From positions 100,008,001 through 100,072,000 of the forward strand of contig NC_045697.1 of NCBI RefSeq assembly GCF_009834535.1: a DNA stretch of 64,000 bases. The letters are read 5' to 3'. Both the position numbers and the translations under genes were made by a program. The stretch is from Camelus ferus (Eukaryota). Below are positions 14,001 to 26,445 of this stretch, piece by piece (position 1 is the first letter of the stretch; the number at the start of each line of letters is the position of its first letter). The notes under the pieces were generated by a model. The model did not search any database, was not told where the DNA came from, and saw only the letters and a program-made list of their open reading frames with translations.

Positions 14001-14499
14001 GGACTTGGGAGAAGCTTACTTCTGTAGCTGCCTTGGGCATTTGCAGAAGCTCCATGAATAGCTCTAGCAACTTTGGCCATCCACTGTTGAAGAGACCATG
14101 AGATTATCAGTGTGTCAAAGTGAACCAAGAAATCTAAGTGCATTTGCAATATTCCCCCCTCCTCCCCTCTGTCCCACTGAAGATTTTTTGCTTGTTCCTT
14201 GGCCACCAGGCCTGGGGAATACTGAGTGGAGGTAACAAACCAGAGGAATCCAGGTAGAGGCCAGATTCCTCTCCGCAAGAGAAGCCACAGGAAGAAAAAT
14301 CCAGGAAGGAGGAGAGGTTTGGGAGGAAATAAAGAAACAAGTCAAACATGGGAGGATTTTTGGACAGTCTTGCTGTGTGCTGTGTTGTGATGGCCTGTCC
14401 CTCCCCCAAGAGGAAATATTTTCTGAGATGTAATTTTCTCTTTATGACTCAGAAGTATTTCAAAATCTATCATTTTAAACAGTTTGAAAATAACTAACA

Positions 14500-14722
14500 A
14501 ACAGGCTTACTGCGCACCAGGTATTTCCTAAGTGATTTTAAAATAATTAAGCCCTCATAATAACCCCAGGAGGTAGGCACAATAATGTTTCCTACTTTTT
14601 CATGGAGGATGTGGAGGCACAGACAAGAAAAATAGCTCAAGTTCACATGGGCAGAAAGGGACAAACCTGGGCCTCAGACTCACAGTCTGGCCCATGACTT
14701 TCAGCTTTTAACCATTGTATTA
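14500..14722 (-). mobile_element. MIR SINE
   Basis: CCTCATAATAACCCCAGGAGGTAGGCAC...GAGGCACAGA MIR core-like motif. Confidence 0.6.
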
Positions 14723-15487
14723 TGTTTCTTCTCTTCCTTTTTTACACTGGATTTTTATTAAACATATACAAATGAATATTATCTCCTTGCTAAAAACAAT
14801 TAATTATAAACAAACAAAAGCATTCCTGAACAACTCCCCATCTTCAAATTTGGATTCTTTTTCTCCTTAGAGATAAGCCAGATCTTTTGTCTCCCTATGT
14901 ATTTGTGTGTACATCCGTGTATGTGTGTATACATGTGCACCTAGGCACACACACGTGTTATACACACACGTATACCTGCACACTTACACATATGTACATA
15001 TGTAATTGTAGAAAATACATAATACTCTGCATGTGTGCTTTGATTTTGTTTTATGTTTCGTTGTACTCTACAGTGCATCTCAGAGATCCTTCTAGGTCTA
15101 CCTATGTTATGGCTGCATTTTTTAAAATTGTTGCATAATATTCCATAATATAGATATATTGTATTTTATTAAAGCACTTTCTCAGTGGGAGCTGGACCTT
15201 TAGGGCCTCTCGCCCCACCTTTATACTCTTTCAAACAATGCTGCAGTGACCATCTTTGTATACATGTCTCTTGTATATACACATGAGTGTTTTTCTCTTT
15301 TAATATAGCCCAGGGCCAGAGGGGTGGGGTCATTCCCAGCAAAGCCAGCATCGCAAGTGCCAGAGCCATTTTGAAAGATTTCTTCCTCCCTATGATGGGA
15401 GCAGGTTGCAGCAGAGCACCCCCTGCAGGAGGACATGGAACATGGTTGGCTGTGGTGAGGGAGGCCTACGTATGAGTACTTTTTAAA

Positions 15488-15547
15488 ACAATTTTTAAAA
15501 TTTCCTTGAAGTATAGTCAGTTTCCAATGTTGTGTCAATCTCTGGTA
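15488..15547 (-). mobile_element. Extremely truncated L1 3' end with target-site duplication
   Basis: TTGAAGTATAGTCAGTTTCCAATGTTGTGTCAATCTCTGGT is the near reverse complement of the L1 tail at 55558-55598; flanked by TACTTTTTAAA at 15477-15487 and 15548-15558. Confidence 0.8.
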
Positions 15548-16254
15548 TACTTTTTAAAGATAGCTTCTGAAAAGTAGACATACTGGTTACGTACAATTAC
15601 AGTTTTAGTAGAATTGCCACTTTTGTGTACAGTAGTAGATATAGGTATTCCTGAAAAATCTTATTTTCTGGGAAATAATTTTTCCAAAATAATAGCACCT
15701 ATGGGAAAAAAGCAGCTAGATCAGACCGCTCAAAATCTAAGCAGCTTTGTAACCAGAGCACTAACAAAAACAATAACTTTCTTTTCCTCAGCTACCCCTG
15801 CTCCAGGCCTGACCTTCAACCCATTGTGATGTAGATTTGGCCTGGCTGCATAGAATGATCTTCCTGGTGGCCTCATCAAGGCTGGAGGCTGCCCAAAGGA
15901 GATACTAAAAATGCACCGCAATACTGCACTGGAAATGCTGGATTATAAGCACTAGCCTGATACAGCCGGAAGTGAAGCCCTGAGCCGGCGGGGCTGCCTT
16001 TAGGGTGGACACAGGAAGTGCAACCTGTCACAAGCCCAGACCTGGGCAAAGATGGGGAAGCACCTCTCCAGGAAGAGGGGAGGATGCCGGCACCGATTTT
16101 GTTATTAAGTCTGTTTCTACTCTTCCAGCTTTCCTTGCCAGGGAGAAACTGCATGACCCAACATAACTCCCTCATCACACTGACATCATTGCCCTACCTA
16201 TCAGCCATGTAAGAGCTAATGCATGTTATGAAAATATACTGTAGCTGAACAGAT

Positions 16255-17302
16255 TTATTAATTGAAGTTGACTTACAATATTATGTTTGTTTCAGGTGTA
16301 TAGCATAGTGACTCAGTATTTTTACAGATTATCCTCCATTAAGAGTTATTATAAAATAATAGCTGTAATTCCCTGTGCTGTACAATATATCCTTGTTGCT
16401 TATCTATTTTATACATAGTAGTTTGGGTCTCTTAATCCCATACCCCTAACTTGCCCCCCAACCCTGCCTCCACTGGTAAGACTAGTTAGTTCTCTGTATC
16501 TGTGTCTTGTCTTGTTCTGTTTGTACTATTTTTTATGCTTCATGTGTAAGTAATAGCATAAAGTGTTTGTCTTTTTTTGTCTGACTTATTTCACTGAGCA
16601 TAATATTCTCTAGGTCCATGCACATTGCTGCAAATGACAGAAATTCATTCTTTTATGGCCAATATTCCATTATATATAAATTCTGCATCTTCTTTATCTA
16701 TTGGTCTGTTGATGGACACTTGGGTTTTTTTTTTTTTTTGGCTTTATAATAGCTTTATTTTTGTAACTTTTTTTATTGAGTTCTAGTCATTTTACAATGT
16801 TGTGTCAAATTCCACTGTAGAGCACAATTTTTCAGTTATACATGAACGTACATGTATTCATTGTCACATTTTTTTTCCCTGTGAGTTACCACAAGATCTT
16901 GTATATGTTTCCCTGTGCTATACAGTATAATCTTGTTTATCTATTCTGCATATGCCTGTCAGTATCTACTAATTTTGAAATCCTAGTTGATGGACACTTG
17001 GGTTGATTCCATATCTTGGCAATTGTAAAAGGGGACTGCTGCTATGAACACTGGAGAGCATATATCTTTTCTAATTACTGTTTTCATTTTTTCTGGATAA
17101 ATATCCAGGAGTGGAATTGAAGGAGCATATGGTAGTTCTATTTTTAGTTTTTTGAGGAGGCTCCATGCTATTTTCCACAGTGGCTGCACCAATTTACATT
17201 TCCACCAACAATGTACGAGGATTCCCTTTCCTCCACATCCTCTCCGACATTTGTTGTTTGTAGACTTTTTGATGATAGCCATTCTGACAGGAATGGGATG
17301 GT
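16255..17302 (-). mobile_element. L1 3' end (ORF2 C-terminus + 3' UTR), interrupted by a younger L1
   Basis: ORF 16983..17339 gives PVRMAIIKKSTNNKCRRGCGGKGILVHCWWKCKLVQPLWK, the ORF2 cysteine-rich region; typical antisense 3' UTR at 16260-16700. Confidence 0.93.
16727..16985 (-). mobile_element. Young L1 3' fragment nested in the older L1
   Basis: Reverse complement closely matches 59360-59540; poly(T) at left; flanked by GTTGATGGACACTTGGGTT at 16708-16726 and 16986-17004. Confidence 0.92.
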
Positions 17303-17865
17303 ACCCAGCTGAACAGATTATTGCTAAGTTTGCTTTCAAAAGCAGTGTCCACCTTCACTTTGGGAATTGGATTTATGTTGGAGTCGATGTAACACTCGCC
17401 ATGAGAGGCGCAAGTGGACCTGATAGAATCAGGTAACTATAGCAACAGAATGATTTATTCTGCACGTTTTCTCTCAGAGTGAGTAAACTTAATCCCTCTG
17501 GGCCATGAGATTGATTTAGAGGTTTTCTCTTAAATTGTCTCACTCTTTGTTTTCTTGCTTTTAAATTAAAATGTTCTCTTACTCTTTTCCAAACTGAAGG
17601 TGAGCCTCTTCAACAGAAAAGACAGAACAAAGTAAGGACTGAATATCCCTGTTTTTTTTTTTTTTTGTGACATTGACTTTATGTTGCCAATGACAATCTT
17701 GATCTATAATAAGATATTGACAAAAAATAGGAGACATTAAAAATGTCTTTTTTTTTCAAGAAAGAATACAGCAGTGCAAGTGGAAAATGATTATCAGCAT
17801 ATTTCTAAGGAGGCAGAATATGAATGTATTACAGAGTAGGGCAGAGACCGTTAGCTTTTCCTTAG

Positions 17866-18268
17866 TGTTATGGGTTGAATTGTGTCTCCCCAGAATTCAT
17901 CTGTGGGCATCCTAACCCTCGGTACCTCAGAATGTGACCACGCTTACATGATAGGATCTTTACCAAGAAAAGCAAGTTAAAGTGAAGGCATTAGAGCGGC
18001 TCTAATTCCACACAACTGGTGTCCTTATAAAAAGGAGAAATTTTGGACATAGAGATGTGTGTCTGGAGAGGAGGGCGTGAAGAGACACAGGGAGAAGACA
18101 GCCGAGTACAAGGAGAGAGGCCTGGAGCAGATTCTTTGTCACCCTTAGACAGAACCAAGCCCGCTTGGTTTCGGACTTCTAGCCCCGAGAGCTGGGAGAC
18201 AGTCAGTTCTTGGTGCTAAACCGTGTGCTTTGGGGTACTTTGTTATATAGCCCTAGTAAACAAATACA
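17866..18268 (+). mobile_element. MaLR solo LTR (MLT1A/B-like)
   Basis: Starts TGTTATGGGTTGAATTGTGTC...CCTCAGAATGTGACC; ends TTTGTTATATAGCCCTAGTAAACAAATACA. Confidence 0.82.
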
Positions 18269-18279
18269 TCCCATCATCA

Positions 18280-18795
18280 GTTCCAGAGGTGGCCTCTGAT
18301 GAACCCTGTCTCCCAGGAACCACGCCCTTATCAGTCTTCTCTCCTTGAATGTGGGCCCATAACTTCCTGTGACCTATAGAATGTGACTAAGTCACACTTA
18401 GTTCTAGGCTGAAGCCCTGGAAGGTCTGGCACTTAAAGTTTTGCACTTTGGGGAGCCCTGAGAGGCCACTGCAGAAGTCTGGCTACCCTGCTGGAGAGAC
18501 CCCATGGAAAGACCTTGTAGAAAGGGAGCGAGCTTGACTCTGCATGCAGATAGAAAGGTCAGCTGTCCCCGCATGCTAGCTGAAGCCAGTCGTCCAGCTG
18601 TCCCTGCCAAGGTGCCGCAGATGCGAGAGCCATCTTGGACATTATGACTGCATATGTCACCCAACTGCAACTGCACGCAGATCAGCGGGAGAGCCACCCG
18701 TTCAATTCACAGAGTTGTGAGTCATAATAAAAAGTGTTATGTTTTAACCCACAGAGAGTTGGGGTAGCCTATTCCACAGCAACAGGTAATGATGT
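18280..18795 (+). mobile_element. MaLR LTR (MLT1F/G-like)
   Basis: AGTCTGGCTACCCTGCTGGAGAGAC, GAGCCATCTTGGAC and AATAAAA...GTTTTAACCCAC motifs; resembles 48198-48711. Confidence 0.7.
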
Positions 18796-20269
18796 ATTCG
18801 CTTATTCCACAGCAATAGAACCTCCAAGAGGCCAAGTACTGGCCAGAGGGATGTTGGGAGAAATCGTGTGTCCTGCTTCTCGAACATGTCCTTAAACCCC
18901 TTTCCTCCAACCTGCTCTCTGGGATGTGGACACAGTGTCCACCTTAGACAACAAGTGAATGATGTTCTAGAGTCAACTGAGCAACGGAGAGCCTGGCCAG
19001 CTCTAACTATCACATGAGAGAGAAATAAACTCCTATTTTACTGTTAGTCAGTCTTCAGTTACAGCAACTAAACCTGTATCTTGTGTTAATACGTAAGAGA
19101 TAATTTATTGACGAAAACACTTTACATTTTTTTTCTCAGAAAGTTTCTCAATATGTTTTATAATCTTTTTCTCGGGGGGCTATTTCTCCACCTTGCCTTC
19201 AATGAAAGAAGGAAATAAAATACAAGATGACAACATGGGACCATATATGCATATGGATGACAACTTTCTCCGGAGGTGATACTTGGAATAGTAACTCTGT
19301 GTACTTAGCACTTAGTTCTTAGTCGGAAAGAGTTTGGGAAAAAGGGCAGACCATGTCCACCTTGGACCTAGCGATTTGCAGTGCACACGAACCTTTTACA
19401 ATTCTGCAGTACCTGGATGCATCCAACTCACCCGGAACTCACTTTGGGAAACAGTCTGATCCAGGAGGGGCTAGACTGGTTCATGTTGACATTGTGCATC
19501 TTTTAGTGAGGGTGAAAACTGGAATCTGTACCCAGAGTCAAAAAAAATATCCATGCAAGACTAAACTGTGTTACTCAGAAGGTTTACTGGAAAATACCCT
19601 GCTTTTTCTTCAAATAGCTCTTTGAGTTTTCATCTGGGTTTCCTTGTGACTACTTTAAGAACACACTAGGCACCTTGAGAAGACTCCTTCCCAGCCTCCG
19701 GGCTCTCCTGCAGCTCAGATGCCTCCTCCTCTAACACAGCTGCCCCATTTTCCCAGCTGCCTGTTCCTTTTCCCTTGCTTTCTTTACCCAGAGTTTGTTT
19801 TGACTGGGCTCTTGCTCCTTCCTTCTGCATTCTGCCCTGGCTTCTGGTGCCTCCGCCTGGGCAGTGCCACTGTCTTCTTTGAGCTCATGGAAGGAATTTG
19901 AGAGTCACTGAGGCCTCTAAGCTGTGAGAAGGAAGCAGGAACAGAAGGAACTGAAGCTATCTAGGAGAAGCATTGCTGAACATCCAGGTAGATCCACCAG
20001 GTCCCTGGATCAGTTTGGGTCAACTTGAGGGCACTGGAGCCACCCTATCTTCTGAAAAACACTCTGTACACTTGTAGAATGACTAGAAGGATCAAAAGAG
20101 CTGCCAGGGAGTCTCAGACCTGAAAAGGTTGCAAAAAGAAGCCAGCGACTCAATTCATGTTCACCCCAGAACGAGAGTTACTTAGATGTCTTTCCTAGTT
20201 CTTCTTCATCCTATTTCTCATTTTTCCTTTTTGATGAAATCCTTTCTTCTACTTAATGTCTGTTTATGC

Positions 20270-21069
20270 CTTCCTCACAAGACCGCTGAATAAAACCATA
20301 GGCTTAAGGAGATAGAGGCAAAGCCTTTGGGAACTTCCCGTGGTTGGGTCACAACACAGACTGTGCTCAAGCTCCAGTCAGGCTCCTCTGGGCCAGATTC
20401 TGGACAAAGCCTCACACTCGGTCTATAGACACTGCAGACTTCCCCCCCAAACCCCAGCCCCTGACACACATGCTCTGTGAGACTTGAACTGACACCGGCA
20501 TAGTTTCCAACTGTTCAAGGCCACTTGCTTAGGAGCACTCTAGCTCCTCCTCAAAATGCCTGCTTGAGAGGGCTCCGTGCTGCCAGGAGAATTTACGGTC
20601 TGTTCAGCTGAAACTGGTCGATCATGGGCAGATAGGCTGCAGAACCGTCTCACAGAGCAGTTACTTTAGAAAGCTCACAGTTATAAATGGTTTCTCTGCC
20701 CCTCTGAGACATCAATCTTCTGCCCCTCAGGACTGTCTTTTCAAGGACCCAAGAGCAGTCTCTGAAATGCAAACGTTCAAGGAAATAAGGTCCCTCTCAG
20801 CGCTCAGCCTGGTGGGCGGGCACCTCCCTGACCGCTATCACTCCCAGGGAGGCTTGCTTCTCCTCTGCACAGGCACCAGTGGGCGACCCCAGGTGGCCTA
20901 GTCACGTGCGCCAGCCCCCTTCCCGGCCCCCAGAGCCCTTCCTGAGCACGCCCCTGCCTTTCGTTGCAGCCGAGTTGAGTTCAGCTTGCACGGGGCTCTT
21001 AGTAGTTACTGCTGAGTAAAATCTCTCCTCGCCGCTCCAACTAGACGCCAACTTTGTTTATCCTTGACA
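20270..21069 (+). mobile_element. ERV-type solo LTR (family uncertain, left boundary approximate)
   Basis: LTR-like 3' end: AGTAAA signal followed by ...CTTTGTTTATCCTTGACA; elevated CpG/GC body. Confidence 0.55.
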
Positions 21070-21483
21070 TTCAGGGTGTTGTTGGCATTCAGCTTTTCCT
21101 GACCTTCATGTGCCCTTGATTTGTTCTCATTCCTCCCAGGTTTTCAGCTTTCCTTTCTACTGAATGTTGGGAGAGCAGTGGTCAGACTCTCCTGGCAAAG
21201 GACAAACCTGGCTCACCCTGAAGCACAAAAGATGGTGTGTGATAGACCCTGGCTGAATTACAATCATTAGCATATTATCTGATTCTCTAAATGATTGACT
21301 CAAATGTTGGGTAGGACTTAATAGAAATTCACTTTCTCTTTGCTTTTTACCTTTCTCCTTTCCTCAACCTTTTCTGTTCTTCCTGCTTATACTTTTTGTA
21401 GCAGAATGAAACCAAAATATCACATTGGAGGTCTTAAATTGTATTTGATGTGTGGAATGAAATGCATTTTCCCCACATAGCTT

Positions 21484-22020
21484 TGTTACCCAAAAAACTG
21501 GGTTGGTCTCTTGGTGGATATCAAGCCAAAAGACACAGACAAGCCAAAGATCGGGAGAAGGAAGAATTTACTACTTGCAGCAAGTAGAAAGAACACCAGG
21601 GATCTTTTTGGGGAAGTGGGAGAAGTGTCTCCCAAGAGCAAAATAGGGAAGTTTTGGGCTAAGGGTACATGCATATTCATGAAGGGGCTTGGGTGGTCCA
21701 CAGAGTCCAAGCTTTAGTTGACTGAAGTCGTGAAGGTCAGAAAAGGCCAATATTTTCATCTCAGTGGGTTCCAGCCGACCTGGTGGATTGAAACAGAACT
21801 GGGAGTCCTTATCCCTGATATCTTATCTTTGCTATTGTTACTTCTTCGGCCTGGTAACAATCCTTTGTTTATGCATTCTTTTGTTCCCTCAAGATCATTA
21901 ATTACTGAGACCTGTTCGAAGGGCAAACTCTGTGGCCAGGATTAGATCACAAAATGGCTTAGTCTAGAAAGCCATGCCTGGTTCTCCTTCTCCAGGGACC
22001 CTCTACCCCATCTGCTTACA
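21484..22020 (-). mobile_element. ERV1-like solo LTR
   Basis: TG...CA termini (TGTTACC.../...TGCTTACA), near-TSD GCTT/GCTC; resembles cetartiodactyl LTRs by recall. Confidence 0.68.
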
Positions 22021-22424
22021 GCTCTGCTTAACTAGCAGATTGGAGGGAGGCAGGAGGGGGATCTGAGCTCCCTTTGGGGCAGAACTCCAGGGGGTTTGAG
22101 GAGGCTGATAGACAGCCAAAGTGGAGATGTTAAGCTGGCAACTGGCTGTCACAGCCTGGAGTTGGGGGCAGAGGCCCTGTTAAAAAAATGATTGCTCAAA
22201 GGAAACATAAGGTAAGATATTGGAGACAAAAACTGGCAAGCATTGGGAATGCCATTCTGGGTGGGAGAGGTAAAGAAGACCTGACTGAGAAGGTGATATC
22301 TGAACTGAGACCTGGGTGAAGGGAGGCAGAGATCCATGAGCGAGGAGGAATCCAAGCCGAAGGACCAGCATGTACTCGTGTCTTAAAGAACAGTAGCCAA
22401 AGTGATTCTCTTAAAATACTAGAT

Positions 22425-22954
22425 TGTTAGAGCAGGCAGATCGCTAGATATAAGTAGAGAAAGAGGGGCACAGGCCAAATGGCAGGAAACTGTATATCTT
22501 GTAAACAATGGGGGTCCTTGGGCAGACAAAGAAAGGAAGGAAAATCCAGACTGATAAGAAGCCACACATTTTGGGATGATAAGGATCCTGGAGGCAGACA
22601 AAGAAAGGTGGGAAGAGGCAGGGATCTCTAGCATCTGAATGTAACCTTTTGCTCATTATGCCCTCATTACAATAAAATTAGCCTTGCAGATAAGATGCCA
22701 TGACATTTCCAGTCAAGACTAAGGACTAAAATCCCTTCTTCCCTTGGGAAAGTGGAGCTGGGATGAAAATCTGGAAATAAAACCTCAAACCCCTCTCTCC
22801 CCAGTGGATATTCTGCCCATTCATTTTTACACCCTCATATAACCAGCTTGCCAAAGAAACTCAGTTCAGCTACTCACCTGAGTCTGCGTGTTCTCCCCTT
22901 GAAAGCATACTATCTCTTAATACATCCTTGCTTTGATTTCTTGACCTCCTTGCA
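22425..22954 (+). mobile_element. ERV1-like solo LTR inserted into an L2
   Basis: TG...CA termini with a perfect 4-bp TSD AGAT (22421-22424 and 22955-22958); removing it restores the L2-like AGATCATGTCACTCCTCTGCTC. Confidence 0.8.
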
Positions 22955-23267
22955 AGATCATGTCACTCCTCTGCTCCAAACCCACAAATAGGCTCCTCTC
23001 TCACTCTGTATGAGCCGAGCCCTCCCAGGGGGCTAGCAGCCCCTGCCCTCTCTGCACACCATCACCTTTCCGACCTTGTCTCCTAGAACAAGAACTGGAA
23101 CAGAGGACTGCAGTGTCTACTGGGAGGATGAATGAATCAGTAGCACTTGTTACAGGTCTGCTTGTTCGTCTGTTTGTTGTCTGTCTTTCTCCACCTGAAT
23201 GTAAACACCACGCATGCAGAGACCAGCACATGGTAGGTACCCAGTAGATACTGAGAGGATGAATGAA
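22955..23267 (+). mobile_element. L2 3' fragment
   Basis: GATCATGTCACTCCTCTGCTCCAAACCC at the start; CACATGGTAGGTACCCAGTAGATACTGAGAGGATGAATGAA tail. Confidence 0.6.
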
Positions 23268-24134
23268 GATCTAGCTGGACTCAGACTTTCTGACCATGAC
23301 ACCCACATGCTTAACCCACTAAACACTGCACCATACTACAGCTGGACTACAGGGCTCTCTGGTTTACGATACACTCCAAACATTTCCCCCATCATCATTT
23401 TTCACTTCTCTGCAGCAGTTTGACACTTTACTCCCGTTTTCTTCTCTCAAAAGAGATGCCACAGTGTTGTACTTCTCTTCTATGCTAATGGCTACCAAAC
23501 CCAGTATTTGAGGTTCTTGAGCTGAATTTTCAAACAGCTGCTGTGATGAAGCGTGGTCCTCGAGAACAAAGTCAAAAAACTCATGCCAACTGCCAGCACA
23601 CAGGCTGCAGCCAGTCAAGGTTAGTTCTCTATCTTTTCTCAAGACACAGAAAAGCCACCCTTCGGTTCTGCTTTAAGCTGGGGTGCAGATATGGGAGGCG
23701 GGGCCCTAGGAGAGGGGTGGCTCTCTGGCCAGCAGAACGTCTGTATTTTACTTTATGCCCGCTCTGCAGGCTTCCCCTTATTTGCATCACCCTGCAGAAC
23801 GTGGAAGTGAAAACCTGCCTGCGGCCACCCTGCTCCCCGTCAGGCACTCTTACGTCCTAAGGATAGGTGCTCTTCCTCCCCAGGCAGGAGCCACACGTGC
23901 GTCTTCTGGGCATGTCCTTCTTGAGTGTTTCAGCAGAAGCGGACTTCCAGCCACACTCCTGGCTGGCTCCCTGATGCAAGTCACATCACTTTTTTCCTTT
24001 TGGTAAAAATGGGTTCCTCATCTGTAGCATGGGTGCACTATTTACTCTGTCTAGTGCTGTGAGGTCCAAATTATGTAATAGGATGCAAGAGCACTTTAAA
24101 GATATTAAGTGTATACAATTTTCATTTATATTGA

Positions 24135-24500
24135 AATAAAAGTATATGAGAAAATAGAAAAATGGTTGCCAGGAACTGAGGAGTGTGGGAGACAGGGAGA
24201 AGTCGGCAAAAGGTACAAACTTTCAACAATCTGGTGAATAAGGTCTGAGAATCTAATATAAAGCACGGTGACTAGAGCTGACAGAACTGTACTGTATAAC
24301 TGAAATGCGCTAAGAGAGTAGAACTTAAATATTCTCACCGAAAAAAAAAAAATATTAAATATGTGTGGTATGGCTATGTTAATTAACTGAATGGAGGGAT
24401 CCTCTCACAGTGTGTACATATATCAAGTCTCCACAATGTACACTTTGGCTATTTTACAGTTTTATATGTCAGTTATACCTCAATAAAGCTAAAATTTAAA
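24135..24500 (+). mobile_element. L1 3' UTR fragment (L1MA-like)
   Basis: ATGGTTGCCAGG...GGTACAAACTTTCA...GCTAAGAGAGTAGAACTTAAATATTCTCACC...TACCTCAATAAAGCT. Confidence 0.85.
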
Positions 24501-24854
24501 ATGTAATAAAGTAAGAAAATGCAGCACTGGTAACGTAGTCTGTTAAATTCCTCTACAGTGTGTAAACTCGTCTTAGAAACACAAGGACATGCCTCTTCAA
24601 GTAAGAAATTGCTTTGTTCCCTCCAAAGAGCACTTTCTATAATTTGAGGCTTTCTCCCCCAATATTTCTAGCTTTTATAGAGAAAAAGAAAGGAGTAGAC
24701 GTTTTTCCAATTTGAGACCTATTCTGAATTCTCTTTTTGCAGCTCAATCTTGCTTCCATTAGTTTTTAAAAGTTTGATGGTTGTTTACTGGTAAGATATA
24801 ATAAAATACAGTTCAACCTTGGGAAAAGATTTCATTTAAAGAAAGAAAATAACA

Positions 24855-25332
24855 TGGATTTGTTTCTTAGGGCTGCCGTAACAAATTACCGCAAAGTTGG
24901 TGGCTTAACACATCACATGTTTATTCTCTCACAGCTCTGGAGGCCAGAAGTTCCAAATTGGTTTCCCTGTGCTGAAGTGAAGGCATCACAGGGCTGTGCT
25001 CCCTCTGGAGTTTCTAGGGGAGAAAATGTTTCCTCGTCTTCTTCAGCTTCAGGGGGCTGATGGCATTTCTTGTTCCAAGGCCCCTTCCTCTCTCTTTAAA
25101 GCCAGCAATTTAATGTCTTCAAATCTCCCTTGCTTCCACTGTCATCACATCTCCTTCATCCTCTTCAGTGTCAAATTTTCCTCTGCCTCCCTCTCAGAAG
25201 GACACTTGTGATGCATTTATGGTCTCCCTGAATGTTCCAGGATGGTCTCCCCCTCACAAGACCCTTAATTTAATCACATCTACAAAAATCCCTTTCTATG
25301 TGAGATAATATTCACAGGCTTCAGGGATCATT
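24855..25332 (-). mobile_element. MaLR solo LTR (MLT1C/D-like)
   Basis: GGGCTGCCGTAACAAATTACCGCAAAGTTGGTGGCTTAA...TTTATTCTCTCACAGCTCTGGAGGCCAGAAG; homologous to 39370-39865. Confidence 0.82.
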
Positions 25333-25899
25333 GTCATTATTCAACCTTCACAGAGAGGTGTTATTGGTTTTTTTTTTCAAATTAAAAAAGTTTGTGCTAA
25401 ATAATATCAATAATAAAAATAATACTTACATGGTGCATTCTATGTGCTGGATATTATCAGTGTGTATGTGAGAGTGTGTGTGTGTCACTTTGAAGATTTT
25501 TTGACTTAGGTCTATTTAGAAAGTGCAAGAGACCGTTTGGCCCACCTGCATCACCCTCTTCAACTCCTACTGGTAAAAGAATTCAGTTATTTCAGCAATA
25601 GCACTGAAATATTATTAAAGCAATTGAGAGGGGAAAGGGAGTTGGAAGTATTCTCTATCCATTTGTATTTACAAAAGGCGTAGAATCATTTCAATTTGAA
25701 ATGCCGTGTATATCTACCTTAAAGTATAATTACTGGAAAGTTATAAGCCAAAAAAAATGTTGATGCAACTGTTTAATTAAAAAGACATAAGTTAATTAGA
25801 TAATCAACAGTAAACAATGTGGCTAGCAATGAAGCTAAACTCATGGGAATTGATAGCTCCGTGAACAAAGAGTGGCCCACCATGTTACCTTTCTGCTGA

Positions 25900-26445
25900 T
25901 CACAATGTTTTATTTCAGTAAATATGTATCCAACACTAGCCGTGTGTCAATCTCAGCATGGGGACCTAGTGGTGGTAAACTTGCACGTGATGCCTGCCTT
26001 CAAGGCATTTGCATCTAATGAGGGAGACAGACAATGAAGGAAGCATTAAGATGATACAATGATAAGGAAAATAGGGATGCTGTCTGAGCATATGGTAAAG
26101 GGGCTGATTCTAAAGAAAGGTTAAGAGGGACTTGTGAACAAGTGTTTAAAGTCAAACGCTAGAAGCTGAGTGGTGGTGAAGTCAGATGAAAGAGGGAGGG
26201 AGTGGTGGAGAGGTTTGAGTGTCCTAGAGGAGGGAACAGTCAGTTGAAGGTGCAGAAATAAGAATCGAGGAGCATTGGAGGGCCTAAAACAACTTCTTCA
26301 AGTTCTTGAGCCTGCAGCCCAAGAGGGAGAGAGGCCACCAGGAGGCTGGGGGAGTAGGCGTGGGCCGGCTCTGAGAGCGCTGTAAGGGTACGGACTTTAC
26401 CCCAAGGCACTGGGAAAACACGGGAGGGCTTTATACAAGGTCACT
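25900..26445 (-). mobile_element. L2 fragment
   Basis: CCTGCCTTCAAGGCATTTGCATCTAATGAGGGAGACAGACA and later GGACTTTACCCCAAGGCACTGGGAA, L2-like by recall. Confidence 0.55.

Noticed and set aside
18770..18818. Direct repeat TATTCCACAGCAAYAG
   Set aside because: Small local duplication at an LTR end with two copies only; not an array.
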